Below, piece after piece: positions 16,087-23,224 of a stretch of DNA of 24,000 nt (position 1 is its first letter; each line of letters opens with the position of its first letter). Location of the stretch: NCBI GenBank assembly GCA_963793025.1, contig CAWBYL010000001.1, forward strand, positions 266,454 through 290,453, in the 5' to 3' direction. Source of the DNA: an uncultured Actinomycetes bacterium. GTDB lineage: Bacteria; Actinomycetota; Acidimicrobiia; Acidimicrobiales; Acidimicrobilacustridaceae. The notes beneath the pieces are model-generated. The model was not told where the DNA came from. It searched no databases and worked only from the letters and a program-made list of their open reading frames with translations. Both the position numbers and the translations under genes were made by a program.

Positions 16087-17142
16087 TCAGTCCTGCGGCG
16101 ACCGGGACAGCAACATGGCGTCGCCGAAGGAGAGGAACCGGTACTCATCGGTGAGGGCCTCGTCGTAGAGGTGACGCCACCGCGGGCCCACGAAAGCGTC
16201 GATCATGACCAGCAGCGAGGACCGGGGCATGTGGAAGTTGGTCAGCAGACGATCGACCACCTGGAACTCGAAACCCCGACGGATGAACAGGTCCGTGCGG
16301 CCCTCCGGTCGGCTTGTCGCCGCCGCGCTCTCGAGGGCGCGGACGGCGGTGGTACCCACTGCGACCACCCGACCGCCGCCGGCTCGGGTGCGCCGGCAGG
16401 CCTCGAGCGTGGCCCGCGGCACCCGGTAGGTCTCGGCGTGCATGACGTGGTCCTCGACCCGGTCAGCCACGATCGGTCGGAAGGTGCCCAGCCCCACGAC
16501 CAGCTCGACGTCGGCCCGCTCGACGCCCGTGTCGAGGCAGCGTCGGAGGACGTCGTCGGTCAGGTGCAGCCCCGCCGTCGGGGCGGCCGCCGACTCGGGG
16601 CGATCGGAGAAGACGGTCTGGTAGCGCTCGGGCTCCTCCAGGGCAGCCGTGATGTAGGGAGGCAGCGGGAGGACGCCGCGACGTTCCAGCACGTCGAGCT
16701 CGTCGCCGTCGGTGTACAGCTCGATCACCCGTCGACCCTCGCCGAGGTCATCGCCGATGGTGACGACGAGATCGTCGCCCTCAGCCGGGCGGACCTCGGT
16801 GCCTGGTGGCAGCCGCCGGCCGGGACGCACGAGCGCCTCCCAGGTCGAGGAGGCTGCCGAAGCGGCGTCGGCGTCTGCTGGGGTTCGCCGTTCCAGCAGC
16901 AACACCTCCACGGCGCCCCCGGTCGATTTGCGCAGTCGGAGCCGCGCCGGGAGCACCCTGGTGGTGTTGAGCACGAGGAGGTCACCCGGATCGAGCAGAT
17001 CAGGCAGGTCGCGCACGATGCGGTGCGAGGCCGTCCGGCCAGGACCTTCGTCGACCAGCAGGCGCGCCGCGTCCCGCTCAGCGAGCGGCCGCTGGGCGAT
17101 GCGCGCCGCGGGCAGGTCGTAGTCGAAAGCGTCGGTCTCCAC
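16087..17142 (-). CDS. queA: S-adenosylmethionine:tRNA ribosyltransferase-isomerase (351 aa)
   Basis: Track ORF with a GTG start at 17142: METDAFDYDLPAARIAQRPLAERDAARLLV, NTTRVLPARL, PLPPYI, AAPTAGLHLT, VGTTAVRALES, FHMPRSSLLVMI. Confidence 0.95.
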   Translation of the reverse strand: METDAFDYDLPAARIAQRPLAERDAARLLVDEGPGRTASHRIVRDLPDLLDPGDLLVLNTTRVLPARLRLRKSTGGAVEVLLLERRTPADADAASAASSTWEALVRPGRRLPPGTEVRPAEGDDLVVTIGDDLGEGRRVIELYTDGDELDVLERRGVLPLPPYITAALEEPERYQTVFSDRPESAAAPTAGLHLTDDVLRRCLDTGVERADVELVVGLGTFRPIVADRVEDHVMHAETYRVPRATLEACRRTRAGGGRVVAVGTTAVRALESAAATSRPEGRTDLFIRRGFEFQVVDRLLTNFHMPRSSLLVMIDAFVGPRWRHLYDEALTDEYRFLSFGDAMLLSRSPQD

Positions 17143-17167
17143 GGCGGCCCCCCAGCGTACGACCCCT

Positions 17168-17220
17168 CCCGAACTGGTAGGCGTTGTGCATCACATGCGA
17201 TGCGGAACGCCTACCAGTTC
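17168..17220. repeat. 53-bp palindromic element, copy A (between queA and the DUF559 gene)
   Basis: Sequence: CCCGAACTGGTAGGCGTTGTGCATCACATGCGATGCGGAACGCCTACCAGTTC. It has perfect 15-bp arms, GAACTGGTAGGCGTT (17171-17185) and AACGCCTACCAGTTC (17206-17220). It is 48/53 identical to copy B. Its last bases overlap the stop codon of the DUF559 gene (17219-17221). Confidence 0.85.
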
Positions 17221-18184
17221 ACGAATGGGCATGGGCCGCGTCCGCGCGACCTCTCGCTCGGGCTTCGCGGACCACCCGGGCAACCCACTCCGGACGGTGC
17301 CAGACGTCGAACTCGGACAGGCGCAGGATGGTCCATCCCAGCGAGCTCAAGGCCTCGTCCTGCTGAGCATCGTGTCGACGATCGAGCAGAGCGGTGTGGT
17401 AGCGATCGCCGTCGATCTGGACGATGAGCCGCGCCTCACGGTCGACCGCGTCGACCCGCGCCACCCAGACCTCCCCACCCAGATCCACCTGGTGCTCCAG
17501 GGGCTGCTGACCGTCGTTCAGCAGGATCCGCCGGAATCGCCGCTCCAACCCGCTCTCGGGCGCGACGTATCCGCTCCCTCGCTCAGCCAGCAACATCCGC
17601 ATGGTGGCCACGCGGGAGCGTCCTCGTCCACGCAGCTCCTCCAGGGTGTCGAACAGGCGGTCAGCGCGAACGAGTCTGCTCCCCCAGGCGTCATCGAGCG
17701 TTCGAGCGACCTTGCCGAGGGGCACGACTCCGGAGAGGTCGAAGATGGTCCGCACCGGGGAGGTCGTCATGATCCCGTGGTGGCTCACGAGATGGTGGGA
17801 CGGAAGGATCCGGGTGGTGTGCAGGGTCGACAACGACACCCGCCTCGGATCCTTGGAGCCCCGCTCGACCAGAACATGGACCGGCTCCAACCGGAACCCG
17901 GTGAGGCTCCAGAGGGCCGCCGCCGACCAGTGCGAGAGCGCCGCACCCGGTCCCGCCTCGGCAACGGCCAGGAACGCTCGCTGCAGGGGTGACTCGGGGG
18001 CACCGGCGAGCACCAGCAGGCCCGTGCCGGGCGAGCCGGCGGGCCGCCATCGTTGCGAGCGCACCAGATTCCCGATCCGGCCGCGCGTCCAGCCTCGCTC
18101 CGTCAGTTGATCGCCGGTGACCACGCCGTACTGCGTCGCCGCCAGCGCCCGAAGCTCCGCCTCACCACTTCTGCTCGTCGCCAT
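17219..18184 (-). CDS. AbiEi-like N-terminal wHTH plus C-terminal DUF559 (Vsr/restriction-endonuclease-like fold) protein, 321 aa
   Basis: Track ORF with ATG at 18184. The N-terminus, LRALAATQYGVVTGDQLTERGWTRGRIGNLVRSQRWRPAGSPGTGLLVLAG...ALSHWSAAALWSL, follows the pattern of actinobacterial AbiEi-antitoxin-domain proteins. The C-terminus, SGLERRFRRILLNDGQQPLEHQVDLGGEVWVARVDAVDREARLIVQIDGDRYHTALLDRRHDAQQDEALSSLGWTILRLSEFDV, follows the DUF559 pattern (R-x-D ... E/Q-x-DG-x-x-H ... D-x-x-R/Q ... G-W-x-x-L-R). It has more A/T-ending codons than its neighbours. Confidence 0.75.
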   Translation of the reverse strand: MATSRSGEAELRALAATQYGVVTGDQLTERGWTRGRIGNLVRSQRWRPAGSPGTGLLVLAGAPESPLQRAFLAVAEAGPGAALSHWSAAALWSLTGFRLEPVHVLVERGSKDPRRVSLSTLHTTRILPSHHLVSHHGIMTTSPVRTIFDLSGVVPLGKVARTLDDAWGSRLVRADRLFDTLEELRGRGRSRVATMRMLLAERGSGYVAPESGLERRFRRILLNDGQQPLEHQVDLGGEVWVARVDAVDREARLIVQIDGDRYHTALLDRRHDAQQDEALSSLGWTILRLSEFDVWHRPEWVARVVREARARGRADAAHAHS

Positions 18185-18238
18185 CCCCGCAGTTCAGCAA
18201 GAGGGGTACGACAGCTGACCCCACCGTCCCGCACTCCA

Positions 18239-18291
18239 CCCGAACTGGTAGGCGTTCTGCATCACATGTGATGCGCAGTGCCTACCAGTTC
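18239..18291. repeat. 53-bp palindromic element, copy B (between the DUF559 gene and the ruvB stop)
   Basis: Sequence: CCCGAACTGGTAGGCGTTCTGCATCACATGTGATGCGCAGTGCCTACCAGTTC. It has 12-bp perfect arms (18242-18253 and 18280-18291) and a perfect 16-nt central palindrome, GCATCACATGTGATGC (18259-18274). It ends 9 nt from the ruvB stop codon (18301-18303). Confidence 0.85.
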
Positions 18292-18300
18292 GGAGGGGGG

Positions 18301-19389
18301 TCAGCGGTCGAAGAGGGAGGGGCCGGGGTCGGCGGCGAGGGGGGCGCTGGGCGGGGCGATCAGGCCCAGGTGGGCCCACGCCGACGGCGTGGCCACCCGG
18401 CCACGCGGGGTGCGCATGAGCAGACCCTGCTGGATGAGGAACGGCTCGTACACGTCCTCCACCGTCTCCTCGGTCTCGCCCACGCTGATGGCGAGGGTGC
18501 CCAGACCGACGGGACCGCCGCCGAACATCTTGCAGAGGTTGCTCAAGACCGACCTGTCGACCTTGTCCAGGCCGCGGTCATCGACGCCGAACACGGCCAG
18601 TCCCTCGTGGGCCGTGCGCTCGTCGATCTCACCGTTGCCCCGCACCTCGGCGAAGTCCCGCACCCGACGCAGGAGCCGGTTGGCGATACGCGGTGTGCCG
18701 CGCGCCCGGCGGGCGATCTCACCCGCCCCTCGAGGATCGATGGAGATGCCGAGGATGCCGGCGGCGCGCACGACGATCGACTGCAACTCGTCGGCGTCGT
18801 AGTAGTCGAGGCGAGCCACCAGCCCGAAGCGGTCGCGCAGCGGACCGGTGATGAGCCCGGTGCGGGTGGTGGCCCCGACGAGCGTGAACCGCGGAAGATC
18901 GAGACGGATCGACCTGGCGGCCGGTCCCTTGCCCAGCACGATGTCGAGCTGGAAGTCCTCCATGGCCGGGTAGAGCACCTCCTCGACGTTGCGGCTGAGG
19001 CGGTGGATCTCGTCGATGAAGAGGACGTCGCCCTCACCGAGGCGGGTGAGGATGGCCGCCAGGTCGCCGGCCCGGTCGAGGGCGGGACCGGATGTGACGT
19101 GGAGGCCGACGTCGAGCTCGGCGGCCACGATGCCGGCCAGCGTGGTCTTGCCCAGTCCGGGCGGCCCGGCGAACAGGAGGTGGTCGACGGCCTGGGCTCG
19201 GCGGCGAGCCGCTTCGAGGATGATCCCGAGGTGCTCCTTGAGCTCACGCTGGCCGACGAACTCCTCCAGGTGACGGGGCCGGAGCCCGCCCTCCTCGCCG
19301 ATGACGTCGCGACCGTTGGGGGCGAGGTCGTCGAGATCGGGCTCTTCGTCGCGGGGCGACGGCTCGGGGGACAGCAGCTCGTCGCGCAT
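18301..19389 (-). CDS. ruvB: Holliday junction branch migration helicase RuvB (362 aa)
   Basis: This is the internal ATG at 19389 (M198) of track ORF 18301..19980: [16 protein letters not shown]...[19 protein letters not shown]...[15 protein letters not shown]...[10 protein letters not shown]...TLVGATTR. The upstream 197 codons of the track ORF are an out-of-frame read of ruvA. The ATG overlaps the ruvA stop by 1 nt. Confidence 0.95.
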   Translation of the reverse strand: MRDELLSPEPSPRDEEPDLDDLAPNGRDVIGEEGGLRPRHLEEFVGQRELKEHLGIILEAARRRAQAVDHLLFAGPPGLGKTTLAGIVAAELDVGLHVTSGPALDRAGDLAAILTRLGEGDVLFIDEIHRLSRNVEEVLYPAMEDFQLDIVLGKGPAARSIRLDLPRFTLVGATTRTGLITGPLRDRFGLVARLDYYDADELQSIVVRAAGILGISIDPRGAGEIARRARGTPRIANRLLRRVRDFAEVRGNGEIDERTAHEGLAVFGVDDRGLDKVDRSVLSNLCKMFGGGPVGLGTLAISVGETEETVEDVYEPFLIQQGLLMRTPRGRVATPSAWAHLGLIAPPSAPLAADPGPSLFDR

Positions 19390-20015
19390 CAGGCCGCCAG
19401 CCGCTGCAGGGCCAGGCGCAGCATCTCGGAGGAATCGACTTCGGCGGGCAGGTCGCGCACCGCCTCGGCCACTTCGTCGGGCCCGTACCCGAGGTTGGCC
19501 AGCGCGTCGCGCACGTCGGCCACCGGCGAGGAGCCGCGACCGTTGCCGGTCGCCAGCCCGACGCCGCCGCCGTTGGTCGCGCCGGCGAGGGCGGCGGTGT
19601 CGAGACCGGGGATGTCCAGGCGGGACTTGAGCTCCACCAGCAGCCGGGCCGCCGTCTTCTTCCCGACGCCGGGGACGAGGCACAGCGCGGCGAGGTCGTC
19701 GTCGGCCAGGACCCGCACAAGCGAAGCCGGCGGATGCACCCCGAGGATGGCGAGAGCCAGCGAGGGCCCGACGCCGTGGGCGCCGATGAGCGCCTCGAAC
19801 ACCAGGCGTTCCTCGGAGGTGGCGAACCCGTACAGCGTCTCGGCGTCCTCGCGACGGTGATGGTGGATGTGGACGAAGACCTCGCCACCGGGCTCGCCCA
19901 GATCGACGGAGGTGGCCGGTGTGACGGTGACGCGGTAGCCGACGCCGGCGACCTCGACCAGGATCTCGCCGTTGGCCCAACGGTCGAGCATCTCGCCCCG
20001 CAACGACCCGATCAC
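19389..20015 (-). CDS. ruvA: Holliday junction DNA helicase subunit RuvA (208 aa)
   Basis: The GTG at 20015 gives (M)[30 protein letters not shown], the canonical RuvA N-terminus, followed by HhH motifs ([35 protein letters not shown]). The GTG overlaps the ruvC stop as GTGA. The track ORF start at 20072 would add 19 non-conserved residues. Confidence 0.9.
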   Translation of the reverse strand: MIGSLRGEMLDRWANGEILVEVAGVGYRVTVTPATSVDLGEPGGEVFVHIHHHRREDAETLYGFATSEERLVFEALIGAHGVGPSLALAILGVHPPASLVRVLADDDLAALCLVPGVGKKTAARLLVELKSRLDIPGLDTAALAGATNGGGVGLATGNGRGSSPVADVRDALANLGYGPDEVAEAVRDLPAEVDSSEMLRLALQRLAA

Positions 20016-20533
20016 GTGCGGGCCTCCGCCCGCCGGGCGGCGTCGCGCATGGGCGCCATGGCCAGGTGGCACAACGCCAACGCGGCGGCGTCGGCCGCGT
20101 CGGGCGGGTGGGGCGGCTTGGCGAGGCCGAGCAGGGTCTGGACCATCTGTTGCACCTGTGCCTTGTCGGCGCCGCCGGTGCCGGCGACGGCGGACTTCAC
20201 CTCGTTCGGGGAGTACTGCACCACATCACAGCCTGCGGCCACCGCCTCGGCCATGGCGATCCCGCTGGCCTGGCCGACGGACATGGCGGTGCTCACGTTC
20301 ACCTGGAACAGCACGCGCTCCACGGCGAGCACGGCGGGCCGGAACTCGGCCATCAGGTCCCGCAGCTCGTGCTGGAGCTCGGCCAGGCGAAGGTGGACCT
20401 CGGCGTCGGGCGGAGTGCGGATGACCCCGAGGGCCAGCGCCCGGGGGCGACCGCCGGCCGGTCGAGGGGGGGCCGCTTCGAGGATGCAGTACCCGCACCG
20501 GGAGAGGCCGGGATCGATGCCGAGGACGAACAC
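20012..20533 (-). CDS. ruvC: Crossover junction endodeoxyribonuclease RuvC (~173 aa from GTG 20533; the track ORF ATG at 20590 is the alternative)
   Basis: It shows (M)[18 protein letters not shown], then [45 protein letters not shown] and [14 protein letters not shown]. The conserved RuvC N-terminus begins directly before VLGIDPG, which favours GTG 20533 over ATG 20590. Confidence 0.85.
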   Translation of the reverse strand: MFVLGIDPGLSRCGYCILEAAPPRPAGGRPRALALGVIRTPPDAEVHLRLAELQHELRDLMAEFRPAVLAVERVLFQVNVSTAMSVGQASGIAMAEAVAAGCDVVQYSPNEVKSAVAGTGGADKAQVQQMVQTLLGLAKPPHPPDAADAAALALCHLAMAPMRDAARRAEART

Positions 20534-20541
20534 TCGTACGA
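20526..20541. promoter_or_regulatory. Candidate LexA/SOS box (Cheo-type GAAC-N4-GTTC) overlapping the ruvC start
   Basis: The plus strand reads ACGAACACTCGTACGA, and the minus strand TCGTACGAGTGTTCGT. That matches 10/12 positions of the actinobacterial consensus TCGAAC-N4-GTTCGA and 7/8 of the GAAC/GTTC core. It overlaps the proposed GTG start (20531-20533). This is a single imperfect site. Confidence 0.3.
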
Positions 20542-20630
20542 GGCTAGCGGTGGCCCTGAGACGGGTGGGTGATCCTGCCGCTCGGTACATTCATCCAGAT
20601 CAGGACTTGCCCTCGGAGGTCGTCGTGCCG

Positions 20631-21767
20631 ATGAACAACGACGTGACCCCTCCGCCCTCCGGCTCGCCGAGCACCCCCACCGCCTTCGCTCCGGGCCCGT
20701 CGCCCCTCGACGAGAGCGACGCCACCGTCGGTCTCCCCTCCGACGTCGACCTCACCGTGGAGGTGCGCGGCGTCGATCGTTGGTTCGGGTCCGTGCTGGC
20801 CCTCACCCACCTCGATCTCGTGGTCCCGACGGGAGCCATCACCGTGCTCCTCGGTCCGAACGGGGCGGGCAAGACCACAGCCATCCGGATGATCACGGGG
20901 GCCCTCACCCCCAACGAGGGTTCCATCCGCGTGTTCGGGCTCGATCCCGCCGTCGACGGGGAGGAGGTCCGCCGCCGTTGCGGCGTGGTCTCGGCCAAGC
21001 CCGCGCTCTACGACCGACTCTCGGGTCGCGGCAACCTCGAGTACGCCGCCGAGCTCTACGGCCTCGGCCGCCACGCCGAGGCCGCCATCCACGCCGCCGC
21101 CGACCGGTTCGGCATCGTCGACGCCCTCGACCAGAAGGTGGGTGGCTACTCGACGGGCATGAAGACCCGGCTGGCCCTGGCCCGCTCGGTCCTGCACGAT
21201 CCCGACCTCCTTCTCTTCGACGAGCCCACGTCGGGCCTCGACCCCGAGTCGGCCCACGCCGTGCTCGATCTCATAAGGGAGATGACCTCCGAGGGCCGCA
21301 CCGTCGTGATGTGCACCCACCTCCTGGTGGAGGCGGAAGGCCTGGCCGACCGCATCGTCGTGCTCGACGGTGGCACCGACCTCCTGTGCGGCACCCAGCA
21401 GGAGCTCACGCGGCGCTACTGGCCACCCAACCTGGTCCACCTCGGGGCCCTGAACCCGGCGGACCTGGATCGGGTGGCGACGTGGGACGGGGTGCTCGCC
21501 TCCGGTCCCGCCGGCGCGGACCGTCCCGGCGTCCTCCAGGTCCAACTCGACGACCCGGCCCGCATCCCCGACCTCATCGCCCGCCTGGCCGGCGAAGGCG
21601 TCCGCCTCACCCGGGTCGAACCCCACGAGCCCACCCTCGAGGACCTCTACTTCGCCGTCCGTCGCGACCATCGCGAGCGCACCCAGGCCACGACACGCGA
21701 GGGCCTCGCCCCCGTGCGCCCACCCACGTCGCTCGATGCCCTCGATCCGGAAGAGGTCGCCCGATGA
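20631..21767 (+). CDS. ABC transporter ATP-binding protein (378 aa) with a Pro/Ser-rich N-terminal extension
   Basis: This is the in-frame part of track ORF 19734..21767, from MNNDVTPPPSGSPSTP. It has Walker A (GPNGAGKTT), the signature YSTGMKTRL, Walker B (LLLFDEPTSGLD) and an H-loop (MCTHL). GGAGG lies at 20615-20619, and GTG 20625 is an alternative start. The stop overlaps the permease ATG as ATGA. Confidence 0.88.
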   Translation: MNNDVTPPPSGSPSTPTAFAPGPSPLDESDATVGLPSDVDLTVEVRGVDRWFGSVLALTHLDLVVPTGAITVLLGPNGAGKTTAIRMITGALTPNEGSIRVFGLDPAVDGEEVRRRCGVVSAKPALYDRLSGRGNLEYAAELYGLGRHAEAAIHAAADRFGIVDALDQKVGGYSTGMKTRLALARSVLHDPDLLLFDEPTSGLDPESAHAVLDLIREMTSEGRTVVMCTHLLVEAEGLADRIVVLDGGTDLLCGTQQELTRRYWPPNLVHLGALNPADLDRVATWDGVLASGPAGADRPGVLQVQLDDPARIPDLIARLAGEGVRLTRVEPHEPTLEDLYFAVRRDHRERTQATTREGLAPVRPPTSLDALDPEEVAR

Positions 21768-22633
21768 CCACCGCCATCGGCCGGCCCGGGAAGAGGCCGA
21801 TCAACTGGAGTCGGCTCTTCACCGTCACCCGCACCGAGCTGCGCCAACTGCGGGAGTCGAAGGACTTCTGGGTGCCCATGGTGATCCTCGGAGCCTTCTT
21901 CTTCTTGATCGTTCCCACCTTCCTGCTGTCGGTCATCACCAGCATCGGCAACGTCGACGCCGTCCAGCAGGTGTCCGATGCGTTGAAGCTCCTGCCCGCA
22001 TCGGCCCGCAACGCCGTCCCCCAGGGCGTCGATCCGTCGACTCAGGTCAGCTATGTGTTGGCCGTCTACCTGTTCGCCCCCATCGCCGTGGTCGTGCCCC
22101 TCACCATCTCCACCGCGGTGGGCGCGTCGAGCATCGTGGGCGAGCGGGAGCGGGGCACCGGCGAGTTCCTGGCCCACTCGCCCGCCGACGTACGCGAGAT
22201 CTACCTGGGCAAGCTCATCGCCAGCCTCGTACCCGGCTACGTCACCACCGTCGTGGGGTTCGGCCTCTACTCGCTGATGGTGAACCTGCTGGTGGGCCGC
22301 AAGGTCGGCGGCTGGTTCTTCCCCACCGCCTCGTGGTGGCTGCTGATCCTGTGGGTGCTGCCGCCGTTCATGGCCATCGCCCTGTCGCTCGTGCTGCGAC
22401 TGTCGGCCCGGGTGAAGTCCACCGCCGCCGCCCAGCAGGCGGCCGGGCTGGTCACGTTCCCGCTGATCATCATCGCCTACAGCCAGTCGACCGGCGCCCT
22501 GATCGGTTCGGGCGCCCCGGTGATCGCCCTCATCATCGGAGCGGTGGCCTGGGTGATCGCGCTGGCTCTGCTCGCCACCGGTTTCCGCTCGCTCACCCGG
22601 GGGCGTCTCCTCGGCGTGGCCGACGAGCAGTAG
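21764..22633 (+). CDS. ABC-2 type transporter permease (289 aa)
   Basis: This is the in-frame part of track ORF 20780..22633, from MTTAIGRPGKRPINWSRLFTVTRTELRQLRESKDFWVPMVILGAFFFLIV. It has about 6 TM segments and is translationally coupled to the ATPase. The substrate is unknown. Confidence 0.8.
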   Translation: MTTAIGRPGKRPINWSRLFTVTRTELRQLRESKDFWVPMVILGAFFFLIVPTFLLSVITSIGNVDAVQQVSDALKLLPASARNAVPQGVDPSTQVSYVLAVYLFAPIAVVVPLTISTAVGASSIVGERERGTGEFLAHSPADVREIYLGKLIASLVPGYVTTVVGFGLYSLMVNLLVGRKVGGWFFPTASWWLLILWVLPPFMAIALSLVLRLSARVKSTAAAQQAAGLVTFPLIIIAYSQSTGALIGSGAPVIALIIGAVAWVIALALLATGFRSLTRGRLLGVADEQ

Positions 22634-22651
22634 CCCGCCGACCCGAGATCG

Positions 22652-23161
22652 TCAGCAGCGGCCGGAGGGCGCCACCAACTCGACGGTCCCGGTCGGCGAC
22701 GGCCACTCGAACACCAGGCGATCTGCGGGTCCGAGGTCGCGCCACTGCTCCGTGGCCCGGTCGAGGGCCGCAGTGACCGGCGTCTGCTCGCCGGCCCGCC
22801 ATGCCGCCGTGTGGTGCCCGGCCAGCCGCTCGGACTCGATCAGCTCGCCTCGGTGCGCGGCGATGACGGCGCGCCCGGGCCGGGTCCGCTTCCGACCGGT
22901 GCTGGCGAAGGTGGCGCCCTTCTCCACCAGGCCCCAGAAGCCGTGGCGGTAGCCGGTGGAGGCTTCGATCACGTACTGGACCAGATCGTGGGGGATGCCG
23001 CGTCCGTAGCCCATCGAGGCCCCCGGCACGATCCGTCGCTTGCCGCGATCGGCGGTCCAACTGCTGATCCGCTTGGCCTCGTCGGCCACGAAGAACTCGA
23101 CCCGCATCGCCGGGACCGTAGGCGGCCGAAACCGTCGACCGCGAGGGGATTTCGTCGTCAC
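22652..23161 (-). CDS. Hypothetical protein (169 aa from GTG 23161; alternative ATG at 23107)
   Basis: Track ORF with G/C-rich third positions. I recognise no motif or family and see no TM segment. It is convergent with the permease gene across an 18-nt gap. Confidence 0.5.
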   Translation of the reverse strand: MTTKSPRGRRFRPPTVPAMRVEFFVADEAKRISSWTADRGKRRIVPGASMGYGRGIPHDLVQYVIEASTGYRHGFWGLVEKGATFASTGRKRTRPGRAVIAAHRGELIESERLAGHHTAAWRAGEQTPVTAALDRATEQWRDLGPADRLVFEWPSPTGTVELVAPSGRC

Positions 23162-23224
23162 GGCCCGACGACGGCCGGGCCGTGGCTTCGCGGGGCCCGT
23201 ATCAGGACCGGTGGAGCTCCAGGC

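Noticed and set aside
7566-21671. Other very long opposite-strand ORFs: 7566..9242 (+), 10746..11870 (+), 11816..13624 (+), 13823..15181 (+), 16018..17427 (+), 18268..19860 (+), 20544..21671 (-). Same-strand out-of-frame ORFs such as 8146..9402 (-), 14481..15725 (-) and 19244..19888 (-).
   Set aside because: Each overlaps a gene with strong family-specific motifs (rel, secF/secD, tgt, queA, ruvB, ABC ATPase). Their translations are compositionally biased (R, G, H, D, P) without motifs. I saw no evidence for genuine overlapping genes.
2103-22633. N-terminal extensions of track ORFs (2103..3956, 4795..6636, 6590..7543, 10551..12194, 13429..13998, 18301..19980, 19389..20072, 19734..21767, 20780..22633) taken at face value as 547-677 aa proteins.
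   Set aside because: The extended parts overlap the preceding gene out of frame and are Arg/Pro/His-rich. Internal starts give canonical N-termini and 1-4 nt start/stop overlaps with the upstream gene, so I trimmed them.
20631-22633. A functional link between the ABC-2 transporter pair and the heliorhodopsin.
   Set aside because: They are about 4.6 kb apart on opposite strands, separated by five unrelated genes. Nothing in the sequence supports co-regulation.
23159-23184. A GC hairpin (CACGGCCC-N10-GGGCCGTG) downstream of the SDR gene as an intrinsic terminator.
   Set aside because: No U-tract follows on the minus-strand transcript, and the stem overlaps the candidate GTG start of the next ORF. 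Function cannot be assigned from sequence alone.
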